This document shows, in pieces, positions 10,286-20,495 of a stretch of 64,000 nucleotides of DNA; position 1 is the stretch's first letter, and every line of letters begins with the position of its first letter. This DNA comes from a virus (Duplodnaviria; Heunggongvirae; Uroviricota; Caudoviricetes): IMG/VR virus record IMGVR_UViG_3300020718_000007, positions 84,390 to 148,389 of that record. One strand, written 5' to 3'. The notes under the pieces are model-generated. The model saw only the letters and a list, made by a program, of their open reading frames with translations, was not told where the DNA came from and ran no database searches. The position numbers and the translations under genes are program-made.

Positions 10286-11245
10286 ATGGAAAACAATTTT
10301 GACATCTTCAATTTAGACCATGAAGAATTTTTGAACCCGGTAGTTGAAAAAGGTGGTGCAGATGAGAACATCTACAAGCCTTACCCAGAGTTAGGTAAAG
10401 ACGGCGTCTATAAAGCGTTAATACGCTTCGTCCCTAACGTCTTCAATCTGAAAAAATCCAAAATCCACAAGTATTACGTTTGGTTAAAAGATCCAGTCGA
10501 CAACAAGACTTTTGTTGCTGATTGTCCAACAACTGTGGGTAAAAAGTCCATCCTGAAGGACATTTATTGGAAGTTGAAAAACTCTCCATCTGCAAAGGAT
10601 CAGGAATTATCAAAATCCTTCTCTCGTAAAGAAGATTATTATGCACTTATTCAGGTGATAGAAGACAAAAATCACCAGGAGCTGGAAAACAAGATTATGA
10701 TTTTCAAGTTCGGTAAGAAAGTGAATGATATGATCGAGCAGCAGATCAAGCCAGAATTTGGCAAACCTTGCAGCCCGTTTGATCCAATCAACGGTAAGAA
10801 TTTCTTCTTACATGTTAGGAAGGTAGGAGATTGGAACAACTATGACCTTTGCCAATTCGTTGGAGAAAGGGAACCAGTGAAAGTAAATGGTAAAGCCATC
10901 GAAAAAACTGAGGAAGGTAGCACAATGTTTACTGATTACCTGAAAACAGGACCAAGTGATCTTACTAAGTATGATTACAAGGAATGGTCTGACGAAGATA
11001 GGGAAAAGATAATGTCTATCATCCGTAATCTTGTACCAGATGGACGTGTCATCTCAGACATCCTATCATCTGCAGGTATGAGTAACAAAACATCTTATTC
11101 TTCTAAGGAAGAAGTATCCACCTCAAGGGAAGATATTTTATCTGGTGCAGGACTTGATGAAACCTCATTTGAAGAAGCAGCTCCTGCTAAGAAAGGTAAA
11201 ACTGCACCAACTTCAAGTTTGGAAGACCTTTACGCTGACCTTTAA
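10286..11245 (+). CDS. gp32: single-stranded DNA-binding protein, T4 gp32 family
   Basis: ALIRFVPN and KIMIFKFGKKVNDMI resemble gp32 AVIRFLPS and KVFKYRFGKKIW; acidic Ser/Asp/Glu C-terminal tail; GC content and codon usage differ from neighbouring genes. Confidence 0.8.
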   Translation: MENNFDIFNLDHEEFLNPVVEKGGADENIYKPYPELGKDGVYKALIRFVPNVFNLKKSKIHKYYVWLKDPVDNKTFVADCPTTVGKKSILKDIYWKLKNSPSAKDQELSKSFSRKEDYYALIQVIEDKNHQELENKIMIFKFGKKVNDMIEQQIKPEFGKPCSPFDPINGKNFFLHVRKVGDWNNYDLCQFVGEREPVKVNGKAIEKTEEGSTMFTDYLKTGPSDLTKYDYKEWSDEDREKIMSIIRNLVPDGRVISDILSSAGMSNKTSYSSKEEVSTSREDILSGAGLDETSFEEAAPAKKGKTAPTSSLEDLYADL

Positions 11246-11272
11246 TTGTTAACAATTTAAAAAGTATGGTGT

Positions 11273-12322
11273 ATGAGTTTCTCAACAGAGGATTTGAAGG
11301 GAATGGTCAAAAGAGTTCTCGAGAATGCCTTTCCAGGTAATACTCAGAAACAAAAAATCTACACAAGTAGTGGCCGTTTAAATTTCTCTTGTCCATATTG
11401 CGGAGACTCAGCGGAGGCACGAAAAAAGAGAGGCAATCTTTATATAGAGAGCCTCTCTTTTAAGTGCTATAATGGTGGGTGTAGTGTTTTCCGAGACCTA
11501 TATAGTTTCTTAAAAGATTTCGAACTGGGTAATATTATTAGTCCAGACCAAATATCCGAAATTATAGAGATTGGAAAAACAAAACGTAACACCAAAAAGA
11601 ACGCTGGGAGCATAGATGTTTTCTTATTGGAAATGTATAAAGAAATAATTCCAACAAGAGAACTACTCAAGAAGAAATTGGGTTTAATTGAACTTCCCCT
11701 AGGAGCAAAAGAATATCTAAAGAAAAGGTATCAAGAACCGGATGAAAGGTTTTTGTGGGAGCCTAGAAAGAAGTCAATGTTTTTATTGAATTTGACCGCT
11801 AATGGAGAACATGTACTTGGGCTCCAAATTAAAAATATGAACAAAGGTGCCGTTAACAAGTACTATACATATAGGCTTAGCGGTATTTATAAAAACTTAT
11901 TTAAGGAAAGAGATGCAGCCATCATAGAAAAGGCTAGTGAACTCGATCCAGTTTCTTGCGTCTTTGGATTTTCCACTTTAAATTTGGAGGATCCAATTAC
12001 TATTTTTGAAGGTCCCTTCGATAGTTTCCTTTATCGAAATTCGGTAGGACTGTGTTCTATCAATAATACATTTCCTTTTGATGTAATAGATAAAAGATAT
12101 TTCTTGGATAGTGATAGTTCAGGAAGGGAAAAATCTCAAAAACTATTAACAGATGGAGAAAGTGTTTTTCTGTGGAAGAAATTCTTACAAGAAAATGGAT
12201 TCCCGGAAAGGGATAAATGGGATTTAAATGATGTAGTAGTTTATGCTCATGCGAATGGGCTGAAAATTAAAAATCTGGAAGGTTATTTTTCAAAAGATAA
12301 ATGGGATATGATCCATGTATAA
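11273..12322 (+). CDS. gp61: DNA primase, T4 gp61 family
   Basis: Zn ribbon RLNFSCPYCGDSAEARKKRGNLY (T4: RFRCPVCGDSKTDQNKARGWYY) and toprim-like IFEGPFDSFLYRNSVGL (T4: VLEGPIDSLFIENGIA). Confidence 0.75.
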   Translation: MSFSTEDLKGMVKRVLENAFPGNTQKQKIYTSSGRLNFSCPYCGDSAEARKKRGNLYIESLSFKCYNGGCSVFRDLYSFLKDFELGNIISPDQISEIIEIGKTKRNTKKNAGSIDVFLLEMYKEIIPTRELLKKKLGLIELPLGAKEYLKKRYQEPDERFLWEPRKKSMFLLNLTANGEHVLGLQIKNMNKGAVNKYYTYRLSGIYKNLFKERDAAIIEKASELDPVSCVFGFSTLNLEDPITIFEGPFDSFLYRNSVGLCSINNTFPFDVIDKRYFLDSDSSGREKSQKLLTDGESVFLWKKFLQENGFPERDKWDLNDVVVYAHANGLKIKNLEGYFSKDKWDMIHV

Positions 12323-12980
12323 TAGAATAAAAGTAGAGGATTATAAAAAAGAAGTATATCTGGTTAAATATGGATTTAAAGGCTCTCCCTATCCATATTC
12401 TGCCGAAGAACAAATGAAGGTAACGAAGGAAGCTGTGTTAACTTCTACTAAAGGATATTCTGATATAAGACACGAAAATCAAACCATCTTTAGTAATAGA
12501 GAATTTATCTTTATAAAAGAGGATGATAGGAAAGGAATATCGGTGGAATTAATTTATCCTTATTCTGCAACCATGCCGGACTCTTTTTTGGATGATCTTG
12601 TACATAGATTTCCCTCTAAATTTCCAGACAAAAGTAAATTTGGTGAGGAAAGGGGAAAATTAATAGCTCATTTATCAGAATGGGGATGGAATCCTATATT
12701 AGCATTAGAAAAAACCATTAGTAGTATGACAATATATGGTAAGGATAAAATAACATATTGGATAACCTTACCAAGTTTTATGTGGGAATTCTGGTACAAC
12801 TACAAAGAGATACATAATATTCCACTGCATTCTGTGGATGCGAATGGATATACAACAAATGAAGTATTTGAACACTACTGTAAATGGGGGAAGGAATTCC
12901 AAGAATCTCATCCGGAATTTAATTTTGAAACTTGGCAGAACCAAAAAGAAACTATTGAGCAATGGCAAAGTATAAAGTAG
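12315..12980 (+). CDS. hypothetical protein
   Basis: 221-aa ORF overlapping the primase stop by 8 nt. Confidence 0.4.
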   Translation: MYNRIKVEDYKKEVYLVKYGFKGSPYPYSAEEQMKVTKEAVLTSTKGYSDIRHENQTIFSNREFIFIKEDDRKGISVELIYPYSATMPDSFLDDLVHRFPSKFPDKSKFGEERGKLIAHLSEWGWNPILALEKTISSMTIYGKDKITYWITLPSFMWEFWYNYKEIHNIPLHSVDANGYTTNEVFEHYCKWGKEFQESHPEFNFETWQNQKETIEQWQSIK

Positions 12981-13198
12981 GAGGATTATCTCTAAACGGA
13001 GGTGAAGATAAAGCAGATAAAAAAACAGGTATGCTAAAAGGAGATATAAAATTCCATTTTGAGTCATCCCTTGAAAGTTTGTCTCTTGATGGAATATTTG
13101 AAACAGAACCTATTATGGTGAAGAAGAAAGATATTTCCAAGAAAGTAACAGAAACAAGTTTTAAGAAACCCAAGAAAAAAGGTAACGAATTAATATAA
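12962..13198 (+). CDS. hypothetical small Lys-rich protein
   Basis: 78-aa ORF that fills the gap between flanking genes. Confidence 0.3.
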   Translation: MAKYKVGGLSLNGGEDKADKKTGMLKGDIKFHFESSLESLSLDGIFETEPIMVKKKDISKKVTETSFKKPKKKGNELI

Positions 13199-13635
13199 TG
13201 GAACAGAAAGATTTTAAAGAGGTATTTGCTAATGAAGCTAAGACTTGGTCTGCGAGGATCCAGGAATTATCTATGAGGATGAGAAATATTCGTGAATTAC
13301 CAGAGGTACAAATAGATCTATTTTCCGACAGGCAAAGATTATTAGAGCATAATCATAAACTTGGTCAGGCCTTGGCAAAACTTACTATGGAATATAGAAA
13401 AAAGAAAAAAGACCAATTAGTCCAAAGGTCCGAAAAAGAAAATAAATTATATGGAGCAAATGAGAAAAATGTTTTAATCGATGGGGATCTAGCAGAATTA
13501 AAAGATTTAGTTGAAATGGTTGATAGACAAATTAGTTATATAAATGATACTATCAAAACTGTTGACCACTGTCTCTATGGACTAAAAGAAAGGATCAGAC
13601 TTGAAGAACATCTGAGAGGGGATTCTATGAAATAA
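13198..13635 (+). CDS. hypothetical coiled-coil protein
   Basis: 145-aa ORF, Glu/Lys/Arg-rich. Confidence 0.4.
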   Translation: MEQKDFKEVFANEAKTWSARIQELSMRMRNIRELPEVQIDLFSDRQRLLEHNHKLGQALAKLTMEYRKKKKDQLVQRSEKENKLYGANEKNVLIDGDLAELKDLVEMVDRQISYINDTIKTVDHCLYGLKERIRLEEHLRGDSMK

Positions 13636-13636
13636 A

Positions 13637-14407
13637 ATGACTATGAATATTTATAAAATTACTAATTTACTAAATGGTAAAATTTATATAGGACAGGAAA
13701 AAAGAGATAATCCAAAATATTTTGGTAGTGGTAATCTTATAAAAGAAGCTATTAAAAATGAAGGTATAGAAAATTTTCGGAAGGATATCATAGAAATTTG
13801 TAATAGCGTGAAAGATCTGAATGAACGAGAAATATTTTGGATAAAAGAATTAAAATCACAGAGCAAAGAAATTGGATATAATATAGCTCCTGGTGGATCC
13901 TTATTTGTTATGAACGAAGAAATTGCCAAAAAAGTTTCTGATACATTAAAAGGAAAATATGTTGGTAAAAAAGCATTTAGACATGGATTGAAATTATCTG
14001 ATGAACATAAAAGAGCTATTTCCCTTAAAAATAAGGGTCTAAGATTATCTGAAGTAACTAGAAGAAAACTATCACAATCACATAAAGGTAAAAAAGTTAC
14101 GGATCTAACTAAAGAAAAATTATCACTATCACATAGAGGAAAAAGATTAACAGAAAATCATAAAAGTAAGATAGGAATAGGACTTTTGGGGAACAAGCAT
14201 AGTGTAGAAACTAAAGAAAAAATAAAAAAATCTAATATAAATAAAAAACAGAAACATTCTGTCTCTCTCGATGCTATAAATATAAATACTAAAGAAATAT
14301 TATATTTTAATAATATTTCTCAAGCTTCGAGATTACTGGGTTGTACGAGATTTCGTATTAAAAATAATTTGGTTATTGGATGGAAAATAATACTGAATAA
14401 TATGTAA
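13637..14407 (+). mobile_element. GIY-YIG homing endonuclease gene (Seg/I-TevI-like) with NUMOD3-like repeats
   Basis: N-terminal IYKITNLLNGKIYIGQ ... ENFRK (GIY-YIG motif); repeated basic motifs KRAISLKNKG / RRKLSQSHKGK / KEKLSLSHRGK / HKSKIGIGLLGNKHS. Confidence 0.75.
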
Positions 14408-14578
14408 AATGTATGTTAAATTTAAGAGTATCAGAAGATTTACAAAATTTAATTTTGTATGATTACACTGACGAGATTGAAAGGAAGCAATTAGAAATTT
14501 CTTTAACAAGAAAAATTCATAATTCGCACTTTAATCCGTTAGTTAAAAAAAAAAATATGGGATGGTAGTATTTGTTTT

Positions 14579-15940
14579 GTGGATAAGAAATCTCCAATAT
14601 GGAAAATACCAATCGGACTTTGGTCCGAAGTAATGGCAATTGCCGAGAAGTATAAACTTGAATTAGAAATAGAGGGTTTAGATAGAATAATTGATAAGGA
14701 ATTAACGCTCGAGGATTTCACCGCCTGGGCTAATGAATTTTTTGCGGATAAGAAATTCAAGCCATATGATTACCAATTAAAAGCAGCTTGGAATATAATT
14801 AGATTTAAGTTTTCCGTCTTGGAGATAGCAACTTCTAGTGGTAAAACATTAATAGCTTTTATCGTTCTTGCTTATTTAAAAATGGTAAAAGGTATTAATA
14901 AATTCCTAATGATAGTTCCTAATACTACCTTGATTATGCAAGGAGCAGAGGATTTTGAGGAATATGGTTTAGAGGAAGTAATGGGATGTGATTTACAAAT
15001 GATCCATGGGGGAAATAAGAATAAAAAATCCTCTGGTTTAATGATAGGTACTTATCAATCATTAGTAAAACAAGATGAGAGCTTCTATGAAGGAGTTGAA
15101 GCAGTATTTGTTGATGAAACCCATCAGGCATCTAGTAAATCTATTAAAGATGTAGTTTCAAAATGTAAAGAAGCCAAATATAGATTTGGTTTATCTGGAA
15201 CACTTACAAATAGAAAAACTGCAGAGTACCTAACAATCCAACAATTTTTGGGACCATTAGTAATGGAGATTAGCCCAGAATTTCTATTCAAGAATAACTA
15301 TGCAACCCCGGTTGCTATTAAGGTTGTTAAAATGGATTGGCTGGAAGAGGATATTAAACAAAAATTAGCAGAGCTAAAAAAGAACAAAACTGAGGTAGAA
15401 GGAAATGATGTTTTTAATATTGAAAGGAAATTAGTTGTTAGTTCTGATAAAAGACTAAATTTCGTGGTTAATTTTATCAAGAAGACCAGTAAAAATTCAC
15501 TAGTCCTATTTCAGTCAGTTGCAGACGGATATGGAAAAAGAATATATGAACAATTAAGAGAGGTACAAAACGAAAAAGAGGTTTATTATATTGATGGAGA
15601 TACCGATGCTAATCATAGGGATTATGTAAAGGGATTAATGGAGTCTGGGGAAAATAAGATATTAGTTGCTTCTTTTGGAACTCTTTCTACCGGGGTATCT
15701 ATTAAGAACTTACATAACATCTTTTTATGTGAATCTTATAAATCAGAGGTACTGATTAAACAAAGTTTAGGCAGGGGTATGAGAAAATTAGAAGGTAAGG
15801 AAAAAGTTAATATTATTGACTTTGTTGATGATTTTTCTTGGGGTAATACCATGAATTATCTTCTAAAACACTCCTTTGAACGTATAGAAATCTATAGAAG
15901 GGAGAGATTTGACTTCAAGATTTTTGAGGTCAAGTTTTAG
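14579..15940 (+). CDS. SF2 DNA helicase, UvsW-like (DExH)
   Basis: Walker A ATSSGKTLIAF, DExH box VFVDETHQAS, helicase C motifs (QSLGRGMR); GTG start as given by the ORF track. Confidence 0.55.
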   Translation: MDKKSPIWKIPIGLWSEVMAIAEKYKLELEIEGLDRIIDKELTLEDFTAWANEFFADKKFKPYDYQLKAAWNIIRFKFSVLEIATSSGKTLIAFIVLAYLKMVKGINKFLMIVPNTTLIMQGAEDFEEYGLEEVMGCDLQMIHGGNKNKKSSGLMIGTYQSLVKQDESFYEGVEAVFVDETHQASSKSIKDVVSKCKEAKYRFGLSGTLTNRKTAEYLTIQQFLGPLVMEISPEFLFKNNYATPVAIKVVKMDWLEEDIKQKLAELKKNKTEVEGNDVFNIERKLVVSSDKRLNFVVNFIKKTSKNSLVLFQSVADGYGKRIYEQLREVQNEKEVYYIDGDTDANHRDYVKGLMESGENKILVASFGTLSTGVSIKNLHNIFLCESYKSEVLIKQSLGRGMRKLEGKEKVNIIDFVDDFSWGNTMNYLLKHSFERIEIYRRERFDFKIFEVKF

Positions 15941-15949
15941 TAATTTGGT

Positions 15950-15966
15950 GATATATAAATAAAAAA
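15950..15966 (+). promoter_or_regulatory. recurrent upstream motif GATATATAAATAAAAAA (T4 late-promoter-like TATAAATA core)
   Basis: one of at least six similar ATATATAAA-containing elements just upstream of start codons. Confidence 0.3.
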
Positions 15967-15969
15967 CCA

Positions 15970-16671
15970 ATGAAGCACCTTGTATCATATCGTTTATTTG
16001 AAAAATCAACATCCACCTCTGGAACTACCCCTAAAATTGATGTTGATGCTATAGCACCGGCTACTGGTAAAAGAGTAAATCCAGATGCAAAAGATAAAGT
16101 GGAAAGTTATATGGGTGGTTGGTTTCAAAGTTTAGGCGATACTATAGAAAAATTGGGAGGTGATCTAATTAAGGACCCATCAAAATGGAAAGACGATTAT
16201 AAAAAAGAATTACCAGGTTATACCGTAACAAGTGCTGGTGGAAAAACGACTAAAATGAGGACAGACGCCGGATTTTCTGATATAGTAGGATTAGGTGTTA
16301 GTGCGACCAAAGGAATTTTGAGTAAGATGTTTGGTGGTCCTAGTGAAGCACCCCCAATAGATGAAGCTAATCCAGATATAACACCAGAGCACCAAAGAAT
16401 TTTTGTAAGCAAAAATAGGGATGAATTGGCTCATTATAAGTCACAGGATGATGTTAATAAGTGGGCTATTAATAAGTATAAGGATGCGGGATTAAAGCCG
16501 GGTGAAAATCAAGGATTTGATAGAAGCATACAGGCTTCTGAATTTGATTGGTTAAGTGGAAGTGGGGGTTCATCAGCAATTAGTGGTGCTGGAGAAGCTG
16601 TTACTGGAGTAGAAGCTGCAGAAGGTGGCGCAGGACTTGGTGAACTTGCTGAATTGGCTTTAGTTTTATAA
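15970..16671 (+). CDS. hypothetical protein (Gly/Ala/Glu-rich C-terminus)
   Basis: 233-aa ORF preceded by the TATAAATA-like motif. Confidence 0.4.
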   Translation: MKHLVSYRLFEKSTSTSGTTPKIDVDAIAPATGKRVNPDAKDKVESYMGGWFQSLGDTIEKLGGDLIKDPSKWKDDYKKELPGYTVTSAGGKTTKMRTDAGFSDIVGLGVSATKGILSKMFGGPSEAPPIDEANPDITPEHQRIFVSKNRDELAHYKSQDDVNKWAINKYKDAGLKPGENQGFDRSIQASEFDWLSGSGGSSAISGAGEAVTGVEAAEGGAGLGELAELALVL

Positions 16672-16679
16672 TAAACTTT

Positions 16680-17114
16680 TTGAATATGGACAGGAGCGAC
16701 GTAATGGTTCCGATGATAGAATACTATATAGGTTGTCCTGTAGATTCTATCGAAACAGTAGATTCAATTGTATTTTTTTCTTCTAGTGACGGAATAGGAA
16801 GAATATACCAAAATGAATACGGCGACTGGGAGGTGTACATGAATGAGCAGAAAGTAACCGAAATAGAGGGTAAAGTATTTAAAACTATCCTGGATTCTAG
16901 AGAATGTCTTGATTTTGAAAAATACTACATCGATTTAAGAGGTATGTTACAAGAAGGATTAACAAAAAGGAGTAGTCGTTTGATAAGAGATATAATGGGT
17001 TCACTAGAATATCTCTTATTAAATGAGGATGTTAAAATTAAGAATCCAATAAATATTGGGTCCTATTTTATTTTCTCTTTAGATAAAGGAAAGGAAATTA
17101 TTTGTTTAAATTAA
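16680..17114 (+). CDS. hypothetical protein
   Basis: 144-aa ORF. Confidence 0.4.
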   Translation: MNMDRSDVMVPMIEYYIGCPVDSIETVDSIVFFSSSDGIGRIYQNEYGDWEVYMNEQKVTEIEGKVFKTILDSRECLDFEKYYIDLRGMLQEGLTKRSSRLIRDIMGSLEYLLLNEDVKIKNPINIGSYFIFSLDKGKEIICLN

Positions 17115-17118
17115 GTAT

Positions 17119-19005
17119 ATGGCAGGGATAAAGTATCTAACGGACATTTATAGGAAGCAGGGTAAGGAATTTTTAGATAACCTTTTCAAGAAAACAGTGG
17201 TAATAACAGAAATGTTAAATGGATCCTCTTTTTCATTTGAAAGGAATATTAATGATGGAGAAATATCTTTTTATAAAAGGGACCAATTAAACCCCATAAC
17301 AAAAATCGATAGGACCTTAATGAGGTATTATGAACCACCAATTAGGTTCATAAATAATCTTCCTAACGAATTAAAAGATGAAATACCATTAGGGTGGAGA
17401 TTTGGAATGGAATATTTTATAAACAGTAATCCAATTTCTATAACTTATGATAGATTACCTAAAAATAATCTAGTACTAACCTATATCCTAGTTAAGGATG
17501 ATTTTGGAGAAGTAGAAAGGACCATTGTAGACAAAAAAGAGCTAGACCATTGGGCAGAACTCCTAGGTATAGAAAAACCACCAATTATCTTCCAGGGGAA
17601 GATGAACGACGAGCAGAAAGTTAAGATACAAGAGTTCTTAAGTGTGCCATTTGACACTTTAAGCTATCAATACGGCACGAATTCCTTTGCCAAATACATT
17701 ATATCAATACTTAATCCTGCGCTTAAAAAAACAACGTTAAACGACGATTTAGATAAGCCCATAGAAGGGATAGTATTTAAGTTTGGATCTTTAGATGGGC
17801 AGGGAGAAACAGTAAGTGCTAAAATGGTAGATCCTGTTTTTGCCGAGATTGCAAAAGAAAATGAGGTTAAGAGTGAAGGATTTTTCCCTAATGATATTTA
17901 TGGAATTACTGTACTAAATGTTATGAATTTCATTCTTGAAAAAGGATTGGAGCATTTTGAATATACTGGCGATGAAATAGAGGATAGGTATATCTCTTTT
18001 ATTTGTAATGTTTTTGAAAAATTTGTAGATGAGTATGGAGAGGATTATAGAGGAGTAGATTTTGAAGAACCCTCTTATTTAAAGGGTGAAGGATTCCAGG
18101 CTAATATAGATAACATATCTTCTGAAAAAACCAGAAAATTAGTCCAGGAAGAAGAAAGCTACGAATCTTTATTTAAACTAATACTATCTGCATTTAGAAA
18201 ACTAAAGAAAAAGACTGGTGGATTTTTTAATAGTGGATCAATCCAACAATTCAATATATTAGTTCGTGAAATAGCGGATTATTTGAATAACCTGCAAGAA
18301 GTAGTAGAAAGTGGCATACCAACATTTGGCGAATTTAGAAAGGAAAGCAAGAATATTCTTATTGAGGAAAGTGAAGAACCAGAAGAAGAGCCGGGTGATA
18401 ATGATGATGCTACTGATTTAATGGACCAAATTAAGGGAAGTATAGAAACCCCATTAGATAATAAGGATCCTGATGATAAAACAACTCATCATGACGAGAA
18501 AAAGATGGTCAATTTAGTAATAGGAGATTTCCAACCATTTAATAATGGTGATTTAAAAATAATCCAAAGAACTAAACAAGAGAACCATTTACCTATCGTA
18601 CTAGCAGTAGTAGAACCTCAAGAAGGTTCAAAGAAATATCTATTAGATTTAGATACTTTAAAGAAAAGTATGGTATCCGTAGCAACAGAATTCCAAGATC
18701 TGATAGAAGATGTTGTATACATCCCGAATAATTTATTGTCTACTGCATTAGATGCTTTAGGAGAAAAGTATAATGTGGTCGGATTAACTACCCAGAAGGA
18801 TGCTTTTGAAAACTATGTTCTACAGAAGAAAAGTTTAATTAAGAAGGGAAAGTTAACCCCTGAATTCCACATATATTCTACCCCCCAATGGAATAACTCT
18901 ACTGAAATTCGTGAGTTAATAAATCGTCAGGATTTTGTTAATTTCAAGAAAAATGCACCTAAATCTATTGTGTATCTTTGGCAGGAATTCATTAAATTTG
19001 CTTAA
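17119..19005 (+). CDS. hypothetical protein with Rnl1-like N-terminal region (motif-I Lys replaced by Met) and degenerate cytidylyltransferase/NMNAT-like C-terminal motif
   Basis: VVITEMLNGSSFSF versus T4 Rnl1 ILTKEDGSLVSTY; EGIVFKFGS resembles ligase motif IV EGYVAV; C-terminal VIGDFQPFNNGDLKII resembles the G.F.PFH.GH motif with both His residues replaced; acidic linker. Confidence 0.35.
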   Translation: MAGIKYLTDIYRKQGKEFLDNLFKKTVVITEMLNGSSFSFERNINDGEISFYKRDQLNPITKIDRTLMRYYEPPIRFINNLPNELKDEIPLGWRFGMEYFINSNPISITYDRLPKNNLVLTYILVKDDFGEVERTIVDKKELDHWAELLGIEKPPIIFQGKMNDEQKVKIQEFLSVPFDTLSYQYGTNSFAKYIISILNPALKKTTLNDDLDKPIEGIVFKFGSLDGQGETVSAKMVDPVFAEIAKENEVKSEGFFPNDIYGITVLNVMNFILEKGLEHFEYTGDEIEDRYISFICNVFEKFVDEYGEDYRGVDFEEPSYLKGEGFQANIDNISSEKTRKLVQEEESYESLFKLILSAFRKLKKKTGGFFNSGSIQQFNILVREIADYLNNLQEVVESGIPTFGEFRKESKNILIEESEEPEEEPGDNDDATDLMDQIKGSIETPLDNKDPDDKTTHHDEKKMVNLVIGDFQPFNNGDLKIIQRTKQENHLPIVLAVVEPQEGSKKYLLDLDTLKKSMVSVATEFQDLIEDVVYIPNNLLSTALDALGEKYNVVGLTTQKDAFENYVLQKKSLIKKGKLTPEFHIYSTPQWNNSTEIRELINRQDFVNFKKNAPKSIVYLWQEFIKFA

Positions 19006-19154
19006 TGGTAAACATCATTAAATATATTTAACGTTTTCTTAACAATATGAAATTTTTTAGTCAGAACTTTTTATGTACCTTTACATATATTTTCAATTAT
19101 ATATTATAGTGAGTGAATTCCTAATGTAACTATAATTTCACAAATATTTTCTAA

Positions 19155-20474
19155 ATGAGTCAAACCGTTCCGGTCAAAACAAAACAGCAGCTCCAAGAAG
19201 AAGAATGGAACTCCGTATCAGCACGGGCTGGTAGAAAAATGATGAGATGCAAGGTTCAACTTGGTAACAAGCAGCCATTTTTTGGTAATCTTATAATGCA
19301 CCTTAAGGTAGAAGAAAAACTTGGTCTTAAATATAAGACTATGGCTACCGATGGTAGACACTTATTTTATGATCCTGACTTTGTGATTTCCAAAACAGAG
19401 GAGGAAATAAAATGGGTAATCTGTCATGAAGTAATGCATTGTGTACTCAAACATTTTATGAGGAGACAGGCAAATCCAGATTATTGGAATGCTGCTGCAG
19501 ACTATGCCTTAAATCAATTAATTTCCGATCTTCCAGATGATTGTGGAAAAATGCCAGAAGAGGCATTATTGGAAAAGAAATACGAAGGTTGGACTGCAGA
19601 AATGATTTATCAATACCTTCTACAAAATAATATTGACTTACCGCCTGATTATGTTACTGGAAAAGGTAATTGTACATGGAGGCTTGGTGAAGTAGAAGAT
19701 CCGCCACCCCCGCCACCTGGTACTGAACCAGCGGAGGGCGAAGGAGAACCCGAAGAAGGAGATATGAAGGTTATTGAAAGTGATCTTAGTGACCCTGAAA
19801 AATTAGGGGATTACTGGGATGACGCATTAAAGGATAGTCTTAATAAGAATGCTGGTAATATGCCCGAAAATTTCCGGAGGAAATTGTTGAAATTATTACA
19901 GCCACAAATTGACTGGAAGAATGCACTGAGGAGGTTCATTATATCCCTCGGGGAAAAACACAAATATGATATTCCTCACAGGAGGTTTATTGGGAATGAT
20001 GATATTCAGTGGACAAGGACACCAACAAAATCAACCTTTGATAGTTTTGTATTGATAGCAGATACATCAGGATCAATAGGTCAAAAGGAATTAACCGGAA
20101 TGGTTAGTGAGGCATATGAAATAGTTAAAAATTTCAAGCCAAAACATATACATCTAATGTGGTGTGATGCTACTCTTCATTTACCAGTTGATGTTGTAAC
20201 TCCAAAAACCATGCATTTACTCCATGCACCAAAAGGCGGCGGAGGAACAGATTTTAGACCTCCATTTAAATGGATTAAAGAAAATCTCCTTGGTAAGAAA
20301 ACTTTAGGTCCAATAATATACTTTACCGATGGATTTGGTCCATTTCCAACAGAAAAGGAATTTGGTATCCCAATGTACAAGGACAAAGTAATTTGGGTAA
20401 TTGTAGGAACACAAGGATACATGAATGATAGTGTCAAAATACCATTTGGAACCAGACTTAATTTAATTTTGTAA
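19155..20474 (+). CDS. VWA-domain protein with N-terminal HExxH metallopeptidase-like domain (DUF2201/VWA type), MoxR partner
   Basis: HEVMH zinc-binding motif; C-terminal MIDAS-like FVLIADTSGSIG; followed by a MoxR ATPase gene. Confidence 0.6.
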   Translation: MSQTVPVKTKQQLQEEEWNSVSARAGRKMMRCKVQLGNKQPFFGNLIMHLKVEEKLGLKYKTMATDGRHLFYDPDFVISKTEEEIKWVICHEVMHCVLKHFMRRQANPDYWNAAADYALNQLISDLPDDCGKMPEEALLEKKYEGWTAEMIYQYLLQNNIDLPPDYVTGKGNCTWRLGEVEDPPPPPPGTEPAEGEGEPEEGDMKVIESDLSDPEKLGDYWDDALKDSLNKNAGNMPENFRRKLLKLLQPQIDWKNALRRFIISLGEKHKYDIPHRRFIGNDDIQWTRTPTKSTFDSFVLIADTSGSIGQKELTGMVSEAYEIVKNFKPKHIHLMWCDATLHLPVDVVTPKTMHLLHAPKGGGGTDFRPPFKWIKENLLGKKTLGPIIYFTDGFGPFPTEKEFGIPMYKDKVIWVIVGTQGYMNDSVKIPFGTRLNLIL

Positions 20475-20495
20475 TTTTTAAACACCCAAATAGAA

